NCBI GenBank assembly: GCA_951406725.2
Contig: OX597825.1
Span: 79,112,001 to 79,176,000, forward strand
DNA: 64,000 nucleotides
Direction of reading: 5' to 3'
Origin: Octopus vulgaris
Lineage: Eukaryota
How positions within the stretch are numbered: position 1 is the stretch's first letter; each line of letters begins with the position of its first letter. A model generated the notes under the pieces. That model searched no databases and was not told where the DNA came from. It saw only the letters and a program-made list of their open reading frames with translations. Of this stretch, positions 53,243 through 64,000 are shown piece by piece. Both the position numbers and the translations under genes were made by a program.

Positions 53243-53627
53243 CATACCTCACATTTGTCATCATCCAATTATCTTAATTATGTCTCGCTTCCTAGACTTC
53301 ATGTTAATTACTTCATTCAGTTTCTATCCTCACATCTTCTGCCTGATGGGATTTCGTTCCTCATTTTTTCCCCCATAAACAACCACCAAGAGAGGCTAAA
53401 GCTGAACGCTAAGCCTTCTACGCTGATTTCTTTCTTCCAGATTGGTGAAATTGAAGGCTTAGTGTTCAGCTTTAGCCTCTCTTGGTGGTTGTTTATGGGG
53501 GGAAAATGAGGAACGAAATCCCATCAGACTGTAGTTATGAGGATAAAAATTGAGTAAAGTAATTAATGTGCAGTCTAGAAAGTGAGACATAATTAAGATA
53601 ATTGGATGATGACAGATGTGAGGTATG
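53243..53627. repeat. Fold-back element: ~175-bp inverted arms with a 34-nt loop
   Basis: catacctcacatttgtcatcatccaattatcttaattatgtctc...aagccttc, loop 53419-53452, then gaaggctt...gagacataattaagataattggatgatgacagatgtgaggtatg. Confidence 0.9.
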
Positions 53628-55247
53628 GTCTATCATCGTCATCATTTGACATCCGTTTTCCATGCTGGCATGGGTTGGACGGTTTGACTGAAAACTGGTA
53701 AGCTGTGAATTTACACCAGGTTCCAATCTGTATGCAGGGTTTTCCACCAGTCTGGGGGAAAAACCTGCATAGATCATAGACACTGCCCCTTCACCATTAA
53801 ACTCTTTCATGAAAAAATTTGAAAAATAATGAAAATATCTATGTATGTCAGATTTACTTGAAAACTTTATGTTGGTTTGTTTACATCCCTATAACTTAAC
53901 CACTTTGCAAAAGATGTCAATGGAATAAGTACCAAGTTTAAAAAAAAAAAAGTCCTGGGGTTCATCTGGTTGCCGTAGCATGGCCACAGGACAATGGCTG
54001 AAACAAATACTAAAAAAAGGTAAAGAAAAAGAAAGATAAAAAATGACAGCTTCTAAGTAGCTCACATTTTTTAATCTTTTTTTCCTTAATGTCGTGTCCT
54101 TTTCACCATTTTAAGAAAAAACTATTCTATTCCTGAATGTCTAATCTCAAAGCCACAGGATATTAAAGCATTCAGTTTTTGCTGCAGTAACACAAGGAAA
54201 TTCAGAACATAAATAAAGAGTTTCCTTCTCTGTTCCACCCTTTACAGTGTCCTCATGTTTAATTTTGTACTGGAGATATTTTTTTCAACAGCAAGTATTG
54301 ACTAAACAGATTTAGTAACAATTGATTAGTTTTCGATATAGAGATCAATTAAGTGCTTTTGTACTAAATAAGTTTTACAGTAGTGACTAAATAATTTTAA
54401 TAAGGTTTCAGTTAAAACATTTTCGTTAACGATTTAACATTTTCGTTGCCAGCCTCGCCTGGCCCCCGTGCCGTTGGCACGTAAAAGCACCATCCGCTCG
54501 TGTCCGTTGCCAGCCTCGCCTGGCCCCCGTGCCGGTAGCACATAAAAGCACCATCCGTTCGTGGCCGTTTGCCAGCTCTGTCTGGCACCTGTGCTGGTGG
54601 CACATAAAAAGCACCCACTACACTCACGGAGTGGTTGGCGTTAGGAAGGGCATCCAGCCGTAGAAACACTGCCAAATCTGACTGGGCCTGATGAAGCCTT
54701 CCGGCTTCACAGACCCCAGTTAAACCGTCCAACCCATGCCAGCATGGAGAACGGACGTTAAACGATGATGATGACGATGATGATTGGTTAAGTAATTTCT
54801 GTTGGTGAATGGATTTAGTAAAGATTAATTAAAATATTTTGATAAGGGTTTTGAAATAAAGAATAGATGATTATTTTTGGATTAAATAGGATTAAATAAT
54901 TTTTAATTGAGAATTGATAAAAATAGATTTTATTAATGTTTGGTTAATTAAATGTTAATGAGAATGAGAAAATGATAAATAAAATTTACTAATGATTGAT
55001 TAGATTATTTTTTATTAAAGATTAATTTAATTGGTTTAGTAAGTATTGGATAAATAGTTTTAAATTAGGATTGATTAATTCATTTGGGCACAGATTTGGC
55101 TATGTGAACCATAGTGGTTTCAGGTTCAGTCCCATTGTGCAGCACCTTGGACCCGTGTCTTCTAATATAGCCCCAGACTGACTGATGTGAGTGAATTTGG
55201 TTGAAGGAAACTATACGGAAGCCTGTCAGTATGTATGTATGTATGTA

Positions 55248-55297
<50 letters not shown>

Positions 55298-55597
55298 TAC
55301 ACACATACATACATACGTACATACATACATACGTACATACATACATATGTACATACATACATACATACATACATACATACATACATACATACATACATAC
55401 ATACATACATACATACATTGAAGATTCAGTGTGATACACAAAATGTGACAAGGCGAACCCTTTGAAAATAGTTGCTATTCATTTTTGCCAGCTGAATGGA
55501 CTGGAGCAATGTGAAATAAAATGTCTTGCTCAAGGACACAACACGTCACCGGGAATTGAACTCATAGCCTTATGATCGTGAGCCAAATACCCTAACC

Positions 55598-55872
55598 CAG
55601 TGGTTCCCAAAGTGGGAGGTATTGCCCCCCCATCCCCTGGGGGCAGTTGAAAGTTCCAAGGGGGCATTGAAGAAAAGTGGGGTGATAATGGGGGTAGCGA
55701 TTCATGTGAAAACAACAAAATAATGGGTTCATTTCTATTTGTGAAATAGTTGCTTTGAATTTGCTTCAGAAAAAGGTCTATGTTTGTGATGGTTAGTTGG
55801 GGTGGGTGGGCACTAGGAATGTGGTCTGGGTGTCAAGGGAGCAGCAACCCCCAGAAAGTTTGGGAACCACTG
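55598..55872. mobile_element. hAT (Charlie-like) MITE with perfect 8-bp TSD, inserted in a family E SINE head
   Basis: CAGTGGTTCCCAAA...TTTGGGAACCACTG with TSD CCCTAACC at 55590-55597 and 55873-55880. An inverted, interrupted second copy lies at 55988-56478. Confidence 0.9.
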
Positions 55873-55901
55873 CCCTAACCCATGAACCATGCGCCTTCAC
55901 A

Positions 55902-55940
<39 letters not shown>

Positions 55941-57328
55941 TGATGGGTTTCTACTCACAAGTCATTGTTCAACCTGAGTTTATAGTACAGTGGTCCCTGA
56001 ACTTTTACAAGTTGCAGCCCCCTTGACACCCAGGCCACATTTGTAGTGTCCCCCCACCACCACTCACTGCCATAAACATAAACCTGTTTTTGTAACAAAC
56101 TGAAAACAATTATGGAGATGTACTTGCATAGCAAGTGATTTGATCTGAGATCGTGTGCTGAAACGAAAACAATTGCAGCGTGGAAGGTGTTTGTAAGCCA
56201 TTTAAGAAACACACAAAAGCCGTTCGGATTTTTGTCAGTGAACAGGTCGCGGATTTTAGCGACGAAAATATTTTGACAAATTAAACTTAAATGTTGAAGT
56301 GAATGAAAACAATTGTATTTCACAAATAAGACTTAACCTAAAGAACCCATTATTTTGTTTGCTTTGACATCCATTGCCCCCTTTTGGTCACTCCATTATT
56401 ACCCCACTTCTCTTCAATGCCTCCTGAATCTCTCCACAGCTCCCACAGGGGCAGTACTGCCCACTCTGGGAACCACTGCTACAACAACAACAATAATAAT
56501 AACAGCAACAACAACATTTTCTTTCTCGCCTTTTTTTTTGTTCTTTTCTTCTATGTCTATCTACTTTTTACTTTCTTTTTTTTTCAGTAAAAAAAAATGA
56601 AAAAAAAGTCCCATTATAATTAAGACATTTGCCTAAGGTGCTGTACAGAAAAGTGAACTTGAAACCCTGTGGTTGCTAGGAGAACATCTAAGCCACACAG
56701 CCATGCCTATATGAAGCCTAAAATAAATTTAAAACGAAATAAAATCAAGGAAGTATTAAGCAGAACTACAAAAAAACTGTAGAACTACAACAGTTAAACA
56801 GTTTTCTGAAATAGGTAGTGGGTGGTTTTCCAAATAAAGATGATTTTCAGAGAGAAATTTGATCAAAATCTTCCTGTAGTCATGACTGTTGACATTAGCT
56901 GTGCTTCTCTGGCCATTTCCTTGCACCTTCAGACTGAAACAGCAAGATACAGAGGTCAGTAGGTGCCGTTTTTTTTCAGTTTGAAGTATCTTGTCACCTT
57001 GGGTATTCAACATTGAGGCACGTATGCACATGACTCTCTCACACACTCTCTCTCTCTTTTTATTGATAAAAGAAACATTTCTGAATGAGTTGTTAAGGTT
57101 TACAAAGACTTGTCAGTAACAACAACAACAACAATAATAATAATATTTTATTTCTCACCTTTTTTGTTCTTTCCTTCTATATCTTTCTCCTTTTCACATT
57201 TTTTTTCTTGAGTAAAAAAAAAAAGTCCCATTATAATTAAGACATTTGTGGTGACCTTTCCCAGTGAGCAAACAAAAGAGACAAGTGTATCTATTGGAAA
57301 CTGAACTTTGTTGTGTTTGCTTTTTTTT

Positions 57329-57365
<37 letters not shown>

Positions 57366-57742
57366 ATTCTTTGACTTCACATTCTTTTGAGCAGTATGTT
57401 TGCCTTGACTGTATTGTTTAGTTCACATTTATTTTATATATCTTGAAAGTTTTTTTCATTCTCTGCAAAAAAGAAAAAGAAGACCCTAATGTCTCAAACA
57501 AGCAAATTGGATATTAATAACAATTATTATGATTGAAGATGCCAATAGTATTTTACAGATGTGACATGAAGTTTTATTAAGATCTATCTATCTATCTATC
57601 TACCTTCTTATCAACTTGTCTGTCTGTCTCTCTCTCTCTCTCTCCCTATCTATCTATTTGACAGTCTGTCTGTCTGTCTGTCCCACCTCTGTCTCTTTAC
57701 TAGATATTTCTGAAAACAAAAAAAAAAAAAAAAAACTTCACG

Positions 57743-57968
57743 ATGGCCATTTTGGCATACCTCATCTTCATGTATATATTACTATCTTCAATCTCTGAAA
57801 CCCATGGGCTTTTTGATGTTCGACCTTTTCTCATTATGAAGAGGCCAATTTGGAAAACCAACAGACATTCCAAACAAAACAAAACCATTGAACATACAAC
57901 TCCTTTAACTCAAAAACCTACAAGGACAACTACAAATGTACCAAGAAGACCAACCACTCTTTCTCCAG
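57743..57968 (+). CDS. GH9 endoglucanase-like gene, first coding exon (signal peptide plus basic and Thr/Pro-rich region)
   Basis: MAILAYLIFMYILLSSISETHG is a hydrophobic signal-like segment, followed by ...TTPLTQKPTRTTTNVPRRPTTLSP. 226 nt ending at CAG|GTAAAT (phase 1), which matches the next exon. A possible acceptor tttactag ends at 57703, suggesting an upstream non-coding exon. Confidence 0.75.
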
Positions 57969-58472
57969 GTAAATCTTTATTTTCATATCAGTTTAGGATG
58001 TCAGGTTTAAAAAAAAATTCTCTCATTTTCTTAAATACTTGCTGTGAATAATGATTATAATTTTTGGGGACAATTAACTTCATCTTCAGCAAAGAAAAAT
58101 ATTTCAGTATTTATAACCTAAGGTAGATGAAAGTACCTTAGGATTAGATCTGTTTGATCTCTGGTTGTCTTTAGATGTCTTATTTTTTAACGTGTACCAA
58201 GTACTAAACTGGATCTGAACTCAAAACCTTTAACTTCACCTTTAGAGATGAAATTATCTCAACCATTTTACACTTCCACTATGTTTCAGCCAGTCTGATT
58301 GCTAATTGTCATCAAGTGTCTTTTTCCTGAATACGTACCAAACTAGATTCGAATTTAAAAACTGTAACCTCACTTTTAGAAATAAAATATGCTTAAATAG
58401 TTTACATTTCCATGATGAATTCATCAAAGTATCTTTTTACGTCATCCAAGGAATTGAAATTTTTACCATTAA

Positions 58473-58769
<297 letters not shown>

Positions 58770-58819
58770 TAACATACCATTTATGAACTATAAGTGTATT
58801 ACAAGATTTTGAGGGGAGT

Positions 58820-59212
58820 CAGAAATGTTAGCATGCCGGGCGAAATGCGTAGCCGTATTACGTCTGTTGTTACATTCTGAGTTCAAATTCCGCCGAGGTC
58901 AACTTTGCCTTTCATCCTTTCGGGGTCGATAAATTAAGTACCAGTTGCACACTGGGGTCGATGTAATCGACTTAATACCTATGTCTGTCCTTGTTTGTTC
59001 CCTCTATGTTTAGCCCCTTGTGGGTAATAAAGAAATAGGTATTTCATCTGCGGTTATGTTCTGAGTTCAAAATCTGCCGAGGTCGACTTTGCCTTTCATC
59101 CTTTCGGGGTCGATAAATTAAGTACCAGTTATGCACTGGGTTGATGTAATCGACTTAATCCCCTTGTTTGTCCCCTCTATGTTTGGCCCCTTGTGGGCAA
59201 TAAAGAAATAAG
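58820..59212 (+). mobile_element. Family C SINE head-to-tail dimer in a GH9 intron
   Basis: Head plus two units joined at aaagaaataggtatttc. Confidence 0.9.
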
Positions 59213-59242
59213 AAAATTCTAAGTTATCTAGAAAACTTTAGT

Positions 59243-59469
59243 TTAACCCCTTTGATACCAACCACCTGAGACTTCTGCTGGTTCTTATGATTCAAACTCA
59301 CTGTTTAAAATGATTTAAATTAAAACATTCCATCAAAAACTTTGGGTTAATTCACATTCTAACCACCAGCTAAATAATGACAAAGTAATTTTACTAAATT
59401 CTTCATTATTTTAAAAATTAATTGAAACAAAAGCAGTACACCTCAATAGGCAAATGGGAACAAAAGGGT
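59243..59469. mobile_element. piggyBac-like MITE (degenerate)
   Basis: TTAACCCCTTTG...CAAAAGGGT termini; the right-hand TTAA is lost. Confidence 0.5.
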
Positions 59470-61634
59470 GGAATTTCAGATTCTGAGTTCAAATCCCATC
59501 AAGGTCAACGTTATCTTTCATCCTTCTAGAGGCCAATAAAATAAAGTACCAGAAAAATACTAGGGTCAATGCTAATTATTTACCCCCCGCCCTCAAAATT
59601 ACTGGCTTTCTGCCTCAATCAAAAACAATAACAAAAACAACAACTGCACAGGCAAGTACAATGTCAAAGGAAACAAACTGATTTAAATTGCTCGTTATCT
59701 TAATTGTTTTCGTAATGCCTCAAAGCACTTTTAAAGAAGCCAGGAATACATTTACATATTCAATAATGCAACTACGCACCATAGGATCGAAACTTCTATT
59801 CATAACTTGTTTGAAATGTCTGCCAGTCTATTTGTCAATATTCAATCCCATACAGCAATGCTTCTTGGGCATAAAGTGCACGCTAAAAGTGGAACTCACC
59901 TTATCAGACATTTATACAGAAGTCATGAATAATCCTGCAGACTTTACAAAAGTCCCACACCTGCAATAATATTCTCAGAAAATTACCATATGATCTTGCC
60001 TTATCGTATTCTTTTTTTCCCTTTGTTGCTTGGTTAATGAAAATTTATAATTAACCAGGGACCTTCACATTGTACATATTACAAATGAAGATATGATATT
60101 CTAATTTTATATTTGCTATTAATTAACTACATGTGGCTCCCCTTGTGGATGCAGTTATTACAAGGGAGAGAATCATTTCTTTATAATATCAATCAAAAAT
60201 CAATGGAAATTGTAGTTGCGATACCAGTGCCAGTGGCACGTAAAAGAACCATCCAAACATGGCCGTTGCCAGCGCCGCCTCAACTGGCCTCTGTGCCGGT
60301 GGCACATAAAAAGCACCAACCGATTGTAGCTGTTGCCAACCTCACCTGGCACCTGTGCTAGTGGCATGTAAAAAGCACCAACCAATCGTGGCCATTGCCA
60401 GCCTCACCTGGCACCTGTGCCGGTGGCACGTAAAAAGCACCCACTACACTCACGGAGTTGTTGGCATTAGGAAGGGCATCCAGCTGTAGAAACACTGCCA
60501 GATCAGACTTGAGCCTGGTGCAGCCTCCTGGCTTCCCAGACCCCAGTCGAACCGTCCAACCCATGCTAGCATGGAAAGCGGACGTTAAACGATGATGATG
60601 ATGATGATTTGGTGGGATTAAAAATTTGAATTCGAAATTAGGGAATTATAAGGAAAAGGGTGTGTAGAATTCACATATTTAATTTATTTTTTCATTTACT
60701 TATTACAAAGTTCTTAAAATTTCTCATTGGTGGTATTCATGTTATAGCACTATTTCATTCTTCTTAGAAATTATCAGCATGATATAACCAATGATAAAAT
60801 CTCATTATGAGATCATTAATTTCACTTTAAAATAGTAAAATGTCTCTTTGAAGTAAGACCTGTTCACTTAGAATCACAAATTTTGTGATTTATCCAGTGT
60901 CCTTCTTTTTAAAAGTTAGAAATGTCTGGTTTGAGGTATATTTGGCAATTGTAGTTGCTGTTGTTGATTATCCCTCGGGTTGACCTCATGAAGCAAATCA
61001 ATAATCAAAGGCGTTGTGTTCTGGGAACCTAGTAACACATTATATAACGTTTATTTCTAAAATGGTTCAGTAACTATTTCTAGCTGGTCGAATGACCATG
61101 TAGAGGCTTCCTCATTGGTTTCCTTTTGTTCAAATGTAGTCCCTGTGATTTAAAATGAAACAAGATCAAGGCTGGAATTTGAACACACACACTTTGAATT
61201 TAAAGTTTAGAATGAAAAATCAAAGGTATTTAGACAAAAGAAGTTCTTTGTCAGTGGGATTTAATGCTTTAGCATTCAAACTGGTCAAATCAGGCCCAAA
61301 TATTCTACTTCTCTTATGTTCAGACTGGCCACTTCTGACCTCTCACACCTACCCTATAATGTCATTCTAAAATTATACAATCATGTCATTGAAATCCTTA
61401 TTTATATGTGATTTTATATGTGTTTTTATATATTTTTATATTTCTTCTATATTTTTATGTATGTTTGGTTTTATTCTTTATACCCTTGGAGAATCTTTAC
61501 GCCTATACATGCATGATTTATGTTGATGTGTATAAATATATATGATTCAATTACATTCATTGAATATCTTCATTTATGCGTTCGAGAATTTGGTTGATTG
61601 CCTCAAATTTGTGTTTTCGTTTTCCTCTACTTTG

Positions 61635-61672
<38 letters not shown>

Positions 61673-61721
61673 CACTCTGAGTTTCTCGTTGCCGTTCATC
61701 AGACAGTTTTTGCTAGAATGG

Positions 61722-61758
<37 letters not shown>

Positions 61759-61984
61759 AAAATATATATATATATATATATATTATTTACCGAGGAAAAA
61801 CCTGTTGCCGTTAATAGACAGTACAAATTAATGCATAGATAAAGTTATAAATCGTTAATTAAAATAATCTATAGGAACGGAGGAGGGTGGGGAAAAATTT
61901 GTAGCGATGTTATTTGGCATCTATAGAGGCCTGTATACATACACAAGTTTGAATTGATACATATACATACCGTCGTGATCTTAT

Positions 61985-62030
<46 letters not shown>

Positions 62031-62261
62031 ATAAATAAAGATAAGAAGATCTTATCAAGTGGCCAGCATGGGAATAAAAACCTTCAAAAATAATAATTGT
62101 TATTAAAATTATAATTTAGGGTATCTAAGAAATACCACCACGCTGGAAATAGCAGCTAAAACTTGACTCTAAAACCACGTTAAATGTTCATACAGCATTA
62201 GGAGAGAAGACAAAAGACAAAATAAACTAGCTAGTTTATTTGAATAATGAGAGTGAGTGTC

Positions 62262-62320
<59 letters not shown>

Positions 62321-62364
62321 TATATATACACATATATATATACATATATATACACACATATATA

Positions 62365-62397
<33 letters not shown>

Positions 62398-62411
62398 TAT
62401 AGATAGGGAAA

Positions 62412-62793
62412 GGAAGCACTCCGTCGGTTACGACGATGAAGGTTCCGGTTGATCCGAATCAACGGAATAGCCTGCTCGTGAAATTAACATGTAAGTGGCT
62501 GAGCACTCCACAGACACGTGTACCCTTAACGTAGTTCTCGGGGATATTCAGCGTGACACAGAGAGTGACAAGGCCGGCCCTTTGAAATACAGGTACAACA
62601 GAAACAGGAAGTAAGAGTGAGAGAAAGTTGTGGTGAAAGAGTAAAGCAGGGATCACCACCATCCCCTGCCGGAGCCTCGTGGAGCTTTAGATGTTTTTGC
62701 TCAATAAACACACACAACGTCCGGTCTGGGAATCGAAACTGCGATCCTATGACCGCGAGTCCGCTGCCCTAACCACTGGGCCATTGCACCTCC
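62412..62793 (-). mobile_element. Family B SINE (B2 tail); its 3' half and flank are duplicated at ~63520-63745
   Basis: Matches 37238-37605. Confidence 0.9.
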
Positions 62794-63364
62794 AGATATA
62801 GATAGAGTGTGTGTGTGTATTGTGCATGTGTGTGCAGAGGCATGGTTGTGTGCTAAGAAGTTTGTTCCCAACCACATGGTTCCAGGTTCAGTCCCACTGT
62901 GTGGCACCTTGTTCAACAATGTAAAGCCTCAGGTTGGCCTGAGAAAACCCATCTTGTATATACATATGTGCATGTATATATACGTATATACACACACACA
63001 CACACTTCTTACCACACAGCCATACATTTATAAGTGTGTGTGTGTGTGTGTGTATATTGAGTGTTCGTGTGTGGGAGTAAATGTAAAGTACTTGATAATC
63101 GATTTAAAAATAACATAATTAAGTTGTCTCATCTATTTGTTATTTTAATTAATTATCTGACAGTTAGGTCAATTAATAACAGATTTAGTGACAGAAACAG
63201 AAGAAAAGAATGAAGAATAGATTAGCTATCCTGTCAATGTTTGTATGTGTATGTACGTATTCATACAAAGTACTGATACGTGTGTCTGTCTCCTATACAT
63301 ACATGTATATATATCATCATCATCATCGTTTAACGTCTGCTTTCCATGCTAGCATGGGTTGGAC

Positions 63365-63409
<45 letters not shown>

Positions 63410-63427
63410 ATATATATATACATATAC

Positions 63428-63527
<100 letters not shown>

Positions 63528-64000
63528 AGAGAGAGAGATATAGATAGGGAAAGGAAGCACTCCGTCGGTTACGACGATGAAGGTTCATCTATTTGTTGAT
63601 CCGAATCAACGGAATAGCCTGCTCGTGAAATTAACATGTAAGTGGCTGAGCACTCCACAGACACGTGTACCCTTAACGTAGTTCTCGGGGATATTCAGCG
63701 TGACACAGAGAGTGACAAGGCCGGCCCTTTGAAATACAGGTACATACAGAATACATACAACTCAGAACATAATGAGTCGGAAGGAATGCCACTAGCCATT
63801 TGGTCTGATGTGCTAACAATTCTGCCCGTTTGCTGTCTTAATAGTAATAATAATACAATAGTCAGAGGCTAATAATATGATAGACTTACACATCAGATCC
63901 TTTTCTCTTATCATTCCCCTGTAATAATGAATAATGCAGCAGATAAGGAAAAATGAAAGAAAGGGTTATATGTGGATAGAGGGGCAGGTTGGAAGATGTG

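Noticed and set aside
59900-59911. MSDK start suggesting thymosin beta
   Set aside because: No minus-strand exon with an LKKTET-type motif was found. Four residues are not diagnostic.
61078-61110. ttctag|CTGGT as a possible next GH9 exon (AGD motif)
   Set aside because: It reads A-G-R-M-T-M-stop rather than AGDHVKF, and the sequence resembles a dispersed repeat (compare 50848-50872).

Overview
Repeat-dense eukaryotic genomic DNA. The SINE families and extreme microsatellite load suggest a coleoid cephalopod, probably Octopus (inferred, not confirmed). Two host genes are supported. (1) The first coding exon of CRTC/TORC (minus strand, 3222-3332); the rest of the gene runs off the left edge. 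(2) The first two coding exons of a secreted glycoside hydrolase family 9 (cellulase-type) gene (plus strand, 57743-57968 and 58528-58698); the rest probably lies beyond the right edge. Between them are at least five SINE-like families, decayed LINEs (CR1-like, RTE, R4/Dong-like), Penelope-like relics with hammerhead-ribozyme-like motifs, a Gypsy LTR/PBS/gag stub, and mariner, Tigger, Chapaev3, hAT, piggyBac-like and Kolobok-like DNA elements. There is also a tRNA-Glu pseudogene, several long fold-back palindromes and very long microsatellites, which account for most of the supplied ORFs. The most unusual items are a near-perfect 369-bp palindrome carrying a variant-core minimal hammerhead, R4/Dong-like fragments tied to (CA)n/(TACA)n repeats, a 300-bp almost cytosine-free tract, and candidate antisense exons over the GH9 gene. 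I cannot support a wholly new multi-gene system from this sequence alone. Repeat boundaries are read by eye and are approximate unless a TSD or TIR is quoted.
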